Positions 1 to 15,000 of a DNA stretch of 59,968 nucleotides are shown piece by piece; position 1 is the first letter of the stretch, and every line of letters starts with the position of its first letter. Under the pieces are notes generated by a model. That model worked only from the letters and a program-made list of their open reading frames with translations, did not search any database and was not told the origin of the DNA. Source of the stretch: Nemertoderma westbladi (Eukaryota; Animalia; Xenacoelomorpha); the NCBI GenBank assembly GCA_032718475.1, contig JAUCBJ010008550.1, positions 1-59,968 on the forward strand. The letters are read 5' to 3'. The position numbers were made by a program, and so were the translations under genes.

Positions 1-1554
1 TGATAATCCGTCCCTGATGTCGGCCTTATTCCCTTTGTAATCGATTTTTCGCGCCTCCGTAGGCAAACATACAAAAATACACTCCGTCATGATTCTGATT
101 TAAAAATGCAATAATCACTACACAATTATTCCCTTTTCCCCCTTTCCCACCGTAATATTTCCACCTCCATCCATATCCAATATTACAGCCTATTTCCATC
201 CAAGGCATCTTTAATCGCCTTCACCCACATTTCCAACCAGCAATATTGCCGGCTACTCCCCTACAAATTACTGCCATCCAATAAAGGAGGTCCCTATACA
301 ACCTCCCTCCTTTTTCTCATTGACCCCTCACCCCTCAGTGCGCCAACATTCATCCACCTTATTAATCTCACCCAGTTATTAACAAAGGAATAATTGATAA
401 CCAGCAAACTCTATTGCCATTCAACAGTAGTCGGTTATTGGTCAGTCTAATAACCACGTATTAATTATATTTTACATGGGTTCAACGTAAAATCACTGCA
501 CAAGAAAGAACAACTGTGTTTAGGTGATAATTAGGGTCAACTTCTTATTGACCCCACACCGGGTTTAAAAGGGGCCACATTTGGATGGAAAAGTGAGTCC
601 CAAAAACCAGCCTTCATAGTTGGCCGCCTCGGCAGCTAAACTAGGCTCTGCTCCAAGGTATTGGACTTCTTTCTTCCCAGGCAGGCCTTAGCGGGTTCGC
701 GGTTGCTGGGAATGTACTTTACCGACGAGGATTGAGATCTCTGGCTAACTAGCCCCAGAGCGCTCGCGCAGTCTATCCACTGGCTACTTAGTTCGTCGCA
801 GGACCGACTATTTAGTTTTGGGGGCAAAGTAGCAGTGTCCCTTAGGCTTTGACTCTGTCAGTTACGGTAGTGCTTGTGCACTCTGTCCGCTGGCTATACA
901 GTTCATCCCAGGCTCGCCAGGATCGACGGTATAGTTTTGAGGGCAAAGTTACAGCTAACCGTTTGCGTCCAATCGGTCCCACCCCTGTTTGGACTCAGAC
1001 GGTAACCTGGTGTTCTGCTGTATTTTTAGCATAACGAAACGACTAAAAATACTGTATTTTTCGGTATATTTCGGATTGCATTTTGATTATTTTGAGGCTA
1101 TACTTTGGATCCTAACGGACCCAAAGCACCCCTCGCCCGGTTTCTCTTTTTCCTCATCCCAGAGGTTTTTCTATGGTGTTACAGTACATACCTATTTTTA
1201 TATGCCAGAAGGGAGCAATATACATCTTGGGAAGAACAGAAATCACTGTGTTTTTGCACTATCTTTGAAGGGTTGTGGATGTCCGTAAATAACAAGTCAT
1301 TGAAGGACCGTGTTCTAGTGGGAAATATTTTATATCAGCCGGGAACCAAAACAATAAGGGAAAAGATAGCACTCCTTGGAACTTTTAGAGATTCAAAGCC
1401 GTTTTAGGAGCTTATCGTGCCAAGAGGCACGAGAAATCCATTACCCCCTTACCTTTATCTATGATTTATAGAACTTTAATTTATTTGATTTCCTTCCTTA
1501 CTAAATTACATAAAATTCATTAAATTCTATTTTTTTTTTTTTTTGCTCATGTAG

Positions 1555-1690
1555 GTACCATGAAGACAAATACGATAACTTTTTAAACGCGATGTGGTTA
1601 ATCGCGATTACATTTCTATCAATCGGATACGGAGACTTCGTACCCAATACATACTGCGGTCGCTTCGTCTCTATTATCACGGGAATTCTG
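1555..1690 (+). CDS. KCNN: SK/KCNN Ca2+-activated K+ channel, pore-loop exon (upstream exons lie outside the window)
   Basis: Poly-T tract + tag acceptor and GTGAGT donor. Reads (R)[45 protein letters not shown], with the GYG selectivity filter in the SK-specific context [16 protein letters not shown]. Confidence 0.96.
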
Positions 1691-2244
1691 GTGAGTTACG
1701 CACCCGACATTGTGGATATTTTAAAGTCAATGTGACATCGTTCATGGTTGACCAGATTGCATTGCGTGTCTGAATGTGGGGTAAAGTTATGGCGTCACGG
1801 AATTTCATTTAATGTGGTATTACTGTATCGGTTTAATATTCTTTTGAATTACCTGGGCCTACTAAAAATAATCATTGTTTCACTTATTTTATACTTGAAA
1901 CAAATTCAATTTAATCAAAAATATATTATTATTTATCACTAAAATCTATTAACATCACTAAATAAAGGAAAATATCAGTTTACAGTGGTACGTTATTCTA
2001 ACCAAAACAATAAACCAAAGTCGCTATCACAGCTTAGGTTTACTTTTGATGATAAAAAATAAATTTTTGTGTAGAAATAATTATTATATATATTTTAGTA
2101 TCAAAAATTTAGTGAATAAAACATTAAATTTAATGGAAAAATAATATTTATTATTCGATTGAAAATGTAAGTGGAAGTCAGCTTTTTTCACTAATTTTCA
2201 GTTTAGTGAAATTAAACTATTCTGGCGGAATATCTGAATTACAT

Positions 2245-2535
2245 TCGCCCGCGTCCAATGTTCGCCCGGAGCAATCTTCGCCCTCAAAATGAGCAACTAT
2301 CGCCCGGCGGAATCCTTTGCCCGCAGGCAATCTTCGCCCGCGGGCAACCTTCGCCCACTAAACAATTATTGTTTTGAGTAGAAAAAGCAGTCTCTGTAAC
2401 CTGCTCCTTTCCCTCAATTGGTAACTAAAATAGATACTAACACAAATCTTATTGGGCGAAGGTTGCACGCGGGCGAAGATTGCCTTGCAGGCGAAGGTTT
2501 CCCCCGGGCGAAGATTGGACGCGGGCAAAGGTTGC
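2245..2535. mobile_element. Foldback/MITE-like element with inverted arms of TTCGCCCG subrepeats
   Basis: Left arm has repeated (t)tcgcccg, right arm repeated cgggcgaa. The centre holds the reverse complement of the GGGAAAGGAGCAGGTTACAG...AAAACAATAA motif seen elsewhere in the window. Confidence 0.6.
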
Positions 2536-4983
2536 ACCCAACCTACCCGGATGGGTTTACGGTTTGTCATCTTGAGCCACTGTTCTGGTTGTTGTAGAAA
2601 ACTCCAAATTTAAAACACACGTTATTGCCTAGGTCTACCATGTTTACATTACTGTATGTTTGTTGTTTAAAATGAAATAATGTTCGTGCCTCATCGTTTT
2701 AGTTTCTATTGATTTCTTTTTCGATGATATTACTAAGTAATCTTTTGTTAATTGGATAATATAATTATTCAACAACAGCGGGCTTTCCAATATTTAGAAT
2801 GCGGTCCAAGCCCGGCCCGGCCCGTGTCCATCTCTGGTGTACCCCCCCCCCCCCCCCCCCCCTATTACAGTAGATTAAATTTAATTATTATATTAAAATA
2901 ATTGACACTAATTATATATACTGTATATAAATACAATCTATGTTTAGGAATCTATATCTCTGATAGGGTTTTTCCATATTTCCATTTAATCTTCATAATT
3001 CTATTGGCCTATAATTTTCACAATCTATAATGAGCACTATATGGGTGCCCCCAATGCTAATGATTTCCTTAATGAGATCTAATATGGTTTCATTAGTATT
3101 ATTATTATTTTTATATTTTATTCTCTTAAACTCCCTTTTATAAAATCATAAAAAATGGAGGCAGCTCACGGAGAAGAGTTCAGACACAGCAGTTAATTGG
3201 TAAAGAATAAGCTTCTACCACCTATCATGCTAGATATACTGCAGTTTCACTGTTGGCCTATTTATTTATCAGTTTGTCACATAATGAATCTTATAATTTA
3301 TTTAGTCTAATGGTATAATAATCTGTTGATTGATTAATATCACAAAATGTATCATATCTAGTTTAAGTATGTCAATAGATACTGCAGGCTTCCTACCTAC
3401 CTTTACCTTTGGATATAAAATGCATTTATAGTAATTTGTTGTTTGCTTGATGGATTTGAAAAGCCTTTCATATTAGCACATTAAATCCAATTACACACAG
3501 TTGTTATTCTTACTATCTCTAGGGTGTGGCGCAAAACTAAACTCCAAATAAAGAGGCTTTGATATAGCCAGTCAACTGCTTTGAATCTATATTCTGTTCA
3601 AGGTTGTTATATTAACATACTGTATGTTTGGATTTCATATGAATAACTCACTTGGGCAAGCCATGTGATAAGTATTGGTATTAATATACGGCGGAATACA
3701 TTAGGGCTGAAAAATATACGCTAGAATCTAATTAGCAAGAGGTGAAACTGTGACTTGGAACTAACATGCCACTTTTACCTTCAACTAAATGCCAGAGACA
3801 GGGGGTAAACTGGACGCAAAACCCGCCTTGGCGAATTAATATCCCGCCTCAATGTTAAATTCTCAATTTAGGGAAAGGAGCAGGTTACAGTTGCACGTTA
3901 TTTTAACCAAAACAATAAACTAAACACAATAGAACAGGTTACAGTTTAATTTTTGAGAGTAATCATCTATTATTTGCGTCCAATTTCCCCTGGGGAGGGA
4001 TGAATTTTTATTGCGTCCAGTTTCCCCCCCTATCTGAAATACCATGCCATAACTTTCTGCGCCAATCTATTGTCATATTTGATGTTATATTGTCAGGATT
4101 CCATGATTCCATGCTATTCCAGGACGTCTCAAGGCCAGTTCGTGTCTTCTCATTCCATGCCAGAAGTACTGGTTACCCCGGTTTTTGGTCACTTAGACTA
4201 TGTTGTACTTTTCCCATACTTTTTTATATGGCATACTATACCATATTTACCATGTCATGTCATTTACCATGCTGTTCTACGATAGACACCAGATGTTTTT
4301 GAGCTTTCAAATGTGCAGTGGCAGTGGGTAGACAACTATCCATTGCTATGCCAACTGTAAAGCCAATCAATACATTGCAATACCGAGCAATATTAAAAAT
4401 TATATTAGAATGTAAAATTTAAATTAAATTCAAAATTATAATTTGTAATATAGTAGTTTATGCATTACGGTTGATCTTGGGTTGAGTTATGCTCCATAGA
4501 AAACTACGGACGATCTTGTTCACTTCTTCCTTGTAATTCATGCCGAAGTGCAGTACATCTATCAATGGTGCTGTATCTGTGTAAAATCGTTACCCCGGTC
4601 AGAATGATGCACTTGAACAAAATTATTATTCCTAGTACGTTACAAAATTATTGATGGTAGTAGGCGAATGGTGAATCATACTCATGTTACTGATATGCGA
4701 GGACGTCAAGTCAAAAAACGTTTGACAAATCGAAATATATTATTTAAATAAGACTTACTTAACGATAGGATGGAAATGGAATAAAACTGATTTGTATCAA
4801 TAAACTAAACTGTAGCTAAAATCCTTACTGTTCCAGTTCAGTTCACTTCATTGTCAGTTTAGTATACATTTTTTTATACAATATGTGCTGGTTCTGCCAC
4901 GCAAAAACATTGATTCTGATTAGTATTTCGTTAATGACAATTCATTAATTTATCTATCATCGACTATCTTTATAATATTACAG

Positions 4984-5094
4984 GGCGCGGGGTGCACCGC
5001 TCTAGTCGTCGCAGTTCTCGCTCGTAAATTGGAACTTAGTAGAGCTGAGAAGCATGTTCATAACTTTATGATGGACACTCAACTTTCAAAAAAG
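4984..5094 (+). CDS. KCNN: SK/KCNN exon, S6 and start of the calmodulin-binding region
   Basis: ttacag acceptor, AAG|GTAAGA donor, 111 nt, phase 0/0. Reads [37 protein letters not shown], a near-invariant SK motif. Confidence 0.97.
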
Positions 5095-5950
5095 GTAAGA
5101 AGAAGAGCTCTGCGTATATTTTGGATAACGTTGTATATTTATGTTAACTGTGGTTGATTTGTTATTACGGTATATGAATGGGAGAATCTTTTAGGCTCGG
5201 TAAACCAAGGAATGCCTGTTCACCACCATGGGTGATCTTCCACAATTGATAATTGATTTCAATGCATTATATTAATTAACCTAATATGAGAAACATATTT
5301 CAATAGGTCATGTCATATCGATTAATTTTGCTGCTGCATATTAATATATGAAAATAATCTCTAAATAATTTAGGTTTCAATTATATAACCGTTGGAGATA
5401 AAATGTGGCGGCGGTGGCACATTTTATACACTATGACGTGGAATATAGTGTCGTTATTCAGGAACCTGCCCCCCCCCCCCCCCACAAATTTTTTACAATT
5501 TGATTGCATGAAATTTGAAACAGAGATAGTTTCACCTCCCTCCTCCTTGCTGGGTGAGCCAGAATTTCTATTCTTGTTTTCATTCTTTATCTACAAGCGT
5601 TTGAAAAAGGTGTCTGTGACGTTTTTGCACCAGTGACACCGCAGTTATTCTTCAACCTTATAGTGATTTGATTGGTAATCTTAGAAAGCTGGCTATGCAA
5701 GGATTCCAAATATGTAACATAATCTGAATTTCGTCGTAAAATAGCTGAGATACGAGCGTTCAAAAGTTGCATAGCTCTGATATTCTTAGAATTAACAAAT
5801 AACTTGATAACAAGTACATTTTGTAGGCGAAATAAAATAGTATATCTACCTTCTCAAAGTTATTAAAAACTTATTTTATGTGTGAACATTTTCATGAATA
5901 TTATATCGATGTTAGGAAATAATATTATTACTTTATTTGAATTTGTGCAG

Positions 5951-6078
5951 ATGAAAAATTCCGCAGCCAATGTTCTCAGAGAAACTTGGATGATTTACAA
6001 ACATACAAAGTTGGCGAAGAGAATCCGACCCAGAGTGGTTCGGCAACACCAACGCAACTTCTTACATGCCATACACAG
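5951..6078 (+). CDS. KCNN: SK/KCNN exon, calmodulin-binding domain helix
   Basis: tgcag acceptor; reads [42 protein letters not shown] + AG, then CAG|GTAAGC donor. Matches the SK motif [16 protein letters not shown]...HQRKFLQAIH. Confidence 0.96.
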
Positions 6079-9000
6079 GTAAGCGCTTACATACCATACA
6101 CAGGTAAGTGTTTGCACACCAAACAGAGGTAAGTGATTACACACCATACCCAGGTAAGTGCTTACACACCATACACAGGTAAGTGCTTACACACCATACA
6201 AAGGTAATTGTTTGCACACCATACACAGGTAAGTGCTTACACACCACACACCCAGTGCTTTCTTACCATATACAGGTAAGTGCTTACACACCATACACAG
6301 GTAAGTGCTTGCACACCATACACAGGTAAGAGCTTACACACCATACACCAAGTGCTTACACACCATACACAGGTAAGTGCACCAACACCATACACAGGTA
6401 AGTGCTTACACACCATACACAGGTAAGGGCTTCACCATACACCAAGTGTTTACACACCAAATACAGGTAAGTGCTTACACACCATACACCAATTGCTTAC
6501 ACACCATACACAGGTAAGTGTGCTTACACACCATACACGTGTAAGTGCTTACATACCATACACCAAGTGCTTACGCACCATATACAGGTAAGTGCTTACA
6601 CACCATACACAGGTAAGTGCTTACACACCATACACAGGTAAGTGCTTACACACCATACACCAAGTGCTTACACACCATATACAGGTAAGTGCTTACACAC
6701 CACCATACACAGGTAAGTATGCTTACACACCATACACAGGTAAGTGCACCTACACCATACACAGGTAAGTGCTTACACACCATACACAGGTAAGGGCTTA
6801 CACACCATACACCAAGTGCTTACACACCATACACAGGTACGTGTACTTACACACCATACACATGTAAGTGCTTACACACCATACACCAAGTGCTTACACA
6901 CCATACACAGGTAAGTGCTTACACACCATACACAGGTAAGTGCTTACACACCATACACCAAGTGCTTACACACCATACACAGGTAAGTGCTTACACACCA
7001 TACAAAGGTAAGTGTTTGCACACCATACACAGGTAAGTGCTTACACACCACACACCCAGTGCTTTCTTACCATATACAGGTAAGTGCTTACACACCATAC
7101 ACAGGTAAGTGCTTGCACAACATACACAAGTAAGAGCTTACACACCATACACCAAGTGCTTACACACCATACACAGGTAAGTGTACTTACACACCATACA
7201 CATGTAAGTGCTTACACACCATACACCAAGTGCTTACACACCATACACAGGTCAGTGCTTACACACCAAACACAGGTAAGTGCTTACACACCATACACAG
7301 GTAAGTGCTTACACACCATACAAAGGTAAGTGTTTGCACACCATACACAGGTAAGTGCTTACACACCACACACCCAGTGCTTTCTTACCATATACAGGTA
7401 AGTGCTTACACACCATACACAGGTAAGTGCTTGCACACCATACACAAGTAAGAGCTTACACACCATACACCAAGTGCTTACACACCATACACAGGTAAGT
7501 GTACTTACACACCATACACATGTAAGTCCTTACACACCATACACCAAGTGCTTACACACCATACACAGGTCAGTGCTTACACACCAAACACAGGTAAGTG
7601 CTTACACACCATACACATGTAAGTGCTTACACACCATACACCAAGTACTTACACACCATACACAGGTAAGTGCTTACACACCATACAAAGGTAAGTGTTT
7701 GCACACCATACACAGGTAAGTGCTTACACACCACACACCCAGTGCGTTCTTACCATATACAGGTAAGTGCTTACACACCATATACAGGTAAGTGCTTACA
7801 CACCATACACAGGTAAGTGCTTACACACCATACACAGGTAAGTGCTTACACACCATACACCAAGTGCTTACGCACCATATACAGGTAAGTGCTTACACAC
7901 CACCATACACAGGTAAGTATGCTTACACACCATACACAGGTAAGTGCACCTACACCATACACAGGTAAGGGCTTACACACCATACACCAAGTGCTTACAC
8001 ACCATACACATGTAAGTGCTTACACACCATACACCAAGTGCTTACACACCATACACAGGTAAGTGCTTACACACCAAACACAGGTAAGTGCTTACACACC
8101 ACACACCCAGTGCTTTCTTACCATATACAGGTAAGTGCTTACACACCATACACAGGTAAGTGCTTGCACACCATACACAGGTAAGAGCTTACACACCATA
8201 CACCAAGTGCTTACACACCGTACACAGGTAAGTGTACTTACACACCAATACACATGTAAGTGCTTACACACCATACACCAAGTGCTTGCACACCATACAC
8301 AGGTAAGTGCTTACAGACCAAACACAGGTAAGTGCTTACACACCATACACAGGTAAGTGCTTACACACCATACACCAAGTTCTTACACCCCATACACAGG
8401 TAAGTGCTTACACACCATACAAAGGTAAGTGTTTGCACACCATACACAGGTAAGTGCTTACACACCACACACCCAGTGCTTTCTTACCATATACAGGTAA
8501 GTGCTTACACACCATATACAGGTAAGTGCTTACACACCATACACAGGTAAGTGCTTACACACCATACACAGGTAAGTGCTTACACACCATACACCAAGTG
8601 CTTACACACCATACACCAAGTGCTTACACACCATATACAGGTAAGTGCTTACACACCATACACAGGTAAGTGCACCCCCACCATACACAGGTAAGTGCTT
8701 ACACACCATACATAGGTAAGGGCTGCTTACACACCAGACACAGGTAAGTGCTTACACACCATACACAGGTAAGGGCTGCTTACACACCAGACACGGGTAA
8801 GTGCTTACACACCATACACAGGTAAGTGCTTACACATCATATACAGGTAAGTGCTTACACACCATACACCAAGTGCTTACACACCATATACAGGTAAGTG
8901 CTTACACACCATACACAGGTAAGTGCACCCCCACCATACACAGGTAAGTGCTTACACACCATACACAGGTAAGGGCTGCTTACACACCAGACACAGGTAA

Positions 9001-12000
9001 GTGCTTACAAACCTTACACAGGTAAGTGCTTACACACGATACACGGGTTAAGTGCTTACAAACCATACACAGGTAAGTGTTTGCACACCATACACAGGTA
9101 AGTGATTACACACCATACACAGGTAAGTGTTTGCACACCATACACAGGTAAGTGATTGCACACCAAACACAGGTAAGGGTTTGCACATCATACACAGGTA
9201 AGTGTTTGCACACCATACACAGGTAAGTGTTTACACATCATACACAAGTAAGTGTTTACACTCCATACACAGGTAAGTGTTTGTACACCATACACAGGTA
9301 AGTGATGACACACCATACACAGGTAAGTGTTTGCACACCATACACAGGTAAGTGTTTGTACACCATACACAGGTAAGTGATGACACACCATACACAGGTA
9401 AGTGTTTGCACATCATATACAGGTAAGTGTTTGCACACCATACACAGGTAAGTGTTTGCATACCATACACAGGTAAGTGATTACACACCATACACAGGTA
9501 AGTGTTTGCACACCATACACAGGTAAGTGATTGCACACCAAACACAGGTAAGGGTTTGCACATCATACACAGGTAAGTGTTTGCACATCATATAAGGTAA
9601 GTGTTTGCATACCATACACAGGTAAGTGTTTGCACACCATACACAGGTAAGTGTTTGCATACCATACACAGGTAAGTGATTACACACCATACACAGGTAA
9701 GTGTTTGCACACCATACACAGGTAAGTGATTGCACACCAAACACAGGTAAGGGTTTGCACATCATACACAGGTAAGTGTTTGCACATCATATAAGGTAAG
9801 TGTTTGCATACCATACACAGGTAAGTGTTTGCACACCATACACAGGTAAGTGTTTGCATACCATACACAGGTAAGTGTTTGCACACCATACACAGGTAAG
9901 TGTTTGCATACCATACACAGGTAAGTGATTACACACCATACACAGGTAAGTGTTTGCATACCATACACAGGTAAGTGATTACACACCATACACAGGTAAG
10001 TGCTTACACACCATACACAGGTAAGTGCTTACACACCATACACCAAGTGCTTACACACCATATACAGGTAAGTGTTTACACACCACCATACACAGGTAAG
10101 TATGCTTACACACCATACACAGGTAAGTGCACCTACACCATACACAGGTAAGTGCTTACACACCATACACAGGTAAGGGCTTACACACCATACACCAAGT
10201 GCTTACACACCATACACAGGTAAGTGCTTACACACCATACACAGGTAAGTGCTTACACACCATACACCAAGTGCTTACACACCATACACAGGTAAGTGCT
10301 TACACACCATACAAAGGTAAGTGTTTGCACACCATACACAGGTAAGTGCTTACACACCACACACCCAGTGCTTTCTTACCATATACAGGTAAGTGCTTAC
10401 ACACCATACACAGGTAAGTGCTTGCACAACATACACAAGTAAGAGCTTACACACCATACACCAAGTGCTTACACACCATACACAGGTAAGTGTACTTACA
10501 CACCATACACATGTAAGTGCTTACACACCATACACCAAGTGCTTACACACCATACACAGGTCAGTGCTTACACACCAAACACAGGTAAGTGCTTACACAC
10601 CATACACAGGTAAGTGCTTACACACCATACAAAGGTAAGTGTTTGCACACCATACACAGGTAAGTGCTTACACACCACACACCCAGTGCTTTCTTACCAT
10701 ATACAGGTAAGTGCTTACACACCATACACAGGTAAGTGCTTGCACACCATACACAAGTAAGAGCTTACACACCATACACCAAGTGCTTACACACCATACA
10801 CAGGTAAGTGTACTTACACACCATACACATGTAAGTCCTTACACACCATACACCAAGTGCTTACACACCATACACAGGTCAGTGCTTACACACCAAACAC
10901 AGGTAAGTGCTTACACACCATACACATGTAAGTGCTTACACACCATACACCAAGTACTTACACACCATACACAGGTAAGTGCTTACACACCATACAAAGG
11001 TAAGTGTTTGCACACCATACACAGGTAAGTGCTTACACACCACACACCCAGTGCGTTCTTACCATATACAGGTAAGTGCTTACACACCATATACAGGTAA
11101 GTGCTTACACACCATACACAGGTAAGTGCTTACACACCATACACAGGTAAGTGCTTACACACCATACACCAAGTGCTTACGCACCATATACAGGTAAGTG
11201 CTTACACACCACCATACACAGGTAAGTATGCTTACACACCATACACAGGTAAGTGCACCTACACCATACACAGGTAAGGGCTTACACACCATACACCAAG
11301 TGCTTACACACCATACACATGTAAGTGCTTACACACCATACACCAAGTGCTTACACACCATACACAGGTAAGTGCTTACACACCAAACACAGGTAAGTGC
11401 TTACACACCACACACCCAGTGCTTTCTTACCATATACAGGTAAGTGCTTACACACCACACACAGGTAAGTGCTTGCACACCATACACAGGTAAGAGCTTG
11501 CACACCATACACCAAGTGCTTACACACCGTACACAGGTAAGTGTACTTACACACCAATACACATGTAAGTGCTTACACACCATACACCAAGTGCTTGCAC
11601 ACCATACACAGGTAAGTGCTTACACACCAAACACAGGTAAGTGCTTACACACCATACACAGGTAAGTGCTTACACACCATACACCAAGTTCTTACACACC
11701 ATACACAGGTAAGTGCTTACACACCATACAAAGGTAAGTGTTTGCACACCATACACAGGTAAGTGCTTACACACCACACACCCAGTGCTTTCTTACCATA
11801 TACAGGTAAGTGCTTACACACCATATACAGGTAAGTGCTTACACACCATACACAGGTAAGTGCTTACACACCATACACAGGTAAGTGCTTACACACCATA
11901 CACCAAGTGCTTACACACCATATACAGGTAAGTGCTTACACACCACCATACACAGGTAAGTATGCTTACACACCATACACAGGTAAGTGCACCTACACCA

Positions 12001-15000
12001 TACACAGGTAAGTGCTTACACACCATACACAGGTAAGGGCTTACACACCATACACCAAGTGCTTACACACCATACACAGGTAAGTGTACTTACACACCAT
12101 ACACATGTAAGTGCTTACACACCATACACCAAGTGCTTACACACCATACACAGGTAAGTGCTTACACACCAAACACAGGTAAGTGCTTACACACTATACA
12201 CAGGTAAGTGCTTACACACCATACACCAAGTGCTTACACACCATATACAGGTAGGTGCTTACACACCACCATACACAGGTAAGTGTGCTTACACAATACA
12301 CAGGTAAGTGCTTACACTACATACACAGGTAAGGGCTTATACACCATACACCAAGTGCTTACACACCATATACCGGTAAGTGCTTACACACCATACACAG
12401 GTAAGTGCACCCCCACCATACACAGGTAAGTGCTTACACACCATACATAGGTAAGGGCTGCTTACACACCAGACACAGGTAAGTGCTTACACACCATACA
12501 CAGGTAAGGGCTGCTTACACACCAGACACGGGTAAGTGCTTACACACCATACACAGGTAAGTGCTTACACATCATATACAGGCAAGTGCTTACACACCAT
12601 ACACCAAGTGCTTACACACCATATACAGGTAAGTGCTTACACACCATACACAGGTAAGTGCACCCCCACCATACACAGGTAAGTGCTTACACACCATACA
12701 CAGGTAAGGGCTGCTTACACACCAGTCACAGGTAAGTGCTTACAAACCTTACACAGGTAAGTGCTTACACACGATACACGGGTTAAGTGCTTACAAACCA
12801 TACACAGGTAAGTGTTTGCACACCATACACAGGTAAGTGATTACACACCATACACAGGTAAGTGTTTGCACACCATACACAGGTAAGTGATTGCACACCA
12901 AACACAGGTAAGGGTTTGCACATCATACACAGCTAAGTGTTTGCACACCATACACAGGTAAGTGTTTACACATCATACACAAGTAAGTGTTTACACTCCA
13001 TACACAGGTAAGTGTTTGTACACCATACACAGGTAAGTGATGACACACCATACACAGGTAAGTGTTTGCACACCATACACAGGTAAGTGTTTGTACACCA
13101 TACACAGGTAAGTGATGACACACCATACACAGGTAAGTGTTTGCACATCATATACAGGTAAGTGTTTGCACACCATACACAGGTAAGTGTTTGCATACCA
13201 TACACAGGTAAGTGATTACACACCATACACAGGTAAGTGCTTACACACCATACAAAGGTAAGTGTTTGCACACCATACACAGGTAAGTGCTTACACACCA
13301 CACACCCAGTGCTTTCTTACCATATACAGGTAAGTGCTTACACACCATACACAGGTAAGTGCTTGCACACCATACACAAGTAAGAGCTTACACACCATAC
13401 ACCAAGTGCTTACACACCATACACAGGTAAGTGTACTTACACACCATACACATGTAAGTCCTTACACACCATACACCAAGTGCTTACACACCATACACAG
13501 GTCAGTGCTTACACACCAAACACAGGTAAGTGCTTACACACCATACACATGTAAGTGCTTACACACCATACACCAAGTACTTACACACCATACACAGGTA
13601 AGTGCTTACACACCATACAAAGGTAAGTGTTTGCACACCATACACAGGTAAGTGCTTACACACCACACACCCAGTGCGTTCTTACCATATACAGGTAAGT
13701 GCTTACACACCATATACAGGTAAGTGCTTACACACCATACACAGGTAAGTGCTTACACACCATACACAGGTAAGTGCTTACACACCATACACCAAGTGCT
13801 TACGCACCATATACAGGTAAGTGCTTACACACCACCATACACAGGTAAGTATGCTTACACACCATACACAGGTAAGTGCACCTACACCATACACAGGTAA
13901 GGGCTTACACACCATACACCAAGTGCTTACACACCATACACATGTAAGTGCTTACACACCATACACCAAGTGCTTACACACCATACACAGGTAAGTGCTT
14001 ACACACCAAACACAGGTAAGTGCTTACACACCACACACCCAGTGCTTTCTTACCATATACAGGTAAGTGCTTACACACCACACACAGGTAAGTGCTTGCA
14101 CACCATACACAGGTAAGAGCTTGCACACCATACACCAAGTGCTTACACACCGTACACAGGTAAGTGTACTTACACACCAATACACATGTAAGTGCTTACA
14201 CACCATACACCAAGTGCTTGCACACCATACACAGGTAAGTGCTTACACACCAAACACAGGTAAGTGCTTACACACCATACACAGGTAAGTGCTTACACAC
14301 CATACACCAAGTTCTTACACACCATACACAGGTAAGTGCTTACACACCATACAAAGGTAAGTGTTTGCACACCATACACAGGTAAGTGCTTACACACCAC
14401 ACACCCAGTGCTTTCTTACCATATACAGGTAAGTGCTTACACACCATATACAGGTAAGTGCTTACACACCATACACAGGTAAGTGCTTACACACCATACA
14501 CAGGTAAGTGCTTACACACCATACACCAAGTGCTTACACACCATATACAGGTAAGTGCTTACACACCACCATACACAGGTAAGTATGCTTACACACCATA
14601 CACAGGTAAGTGCACCTACACCATACACAGGTAAGTGCTTACACACCATACACAGGTAAGGGCTTACACACCATACACCAAGTGCTTACACACCATACAC
14701 AGGTAAGTGTACTTACACACCATACACATGTAAGTGCTTACACACCATACACCAAGTGCTTACACACCATACACAGGTAAGTGCTTACACACCAAACACA
14801 GGTAAGTGCTTACACACTATACACAGGTAAGTGCTTACACACCATACACCAAGTGCTTACACACCATATACAGGTAGGTGCTTACACACCACCATACACA
14901 GGTAAGTGTGCTTACACAATACACAGGTAAGTGCTTACACTACATACACAGGTAAGGGCTTATACACCATACACCAAGTGCTTACACACCATATACCGGT

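Noticed and set aside
1-1430. Short ORFs and possible transposon fragments at the window start
   Set aside because: No recognisable protein motifs or paired termini; treated as SK intron sequence.
4000-4302. Possible alternative SK exon
   Set aside because: No SK similarity; the pore and S6 exons join in frame without it.
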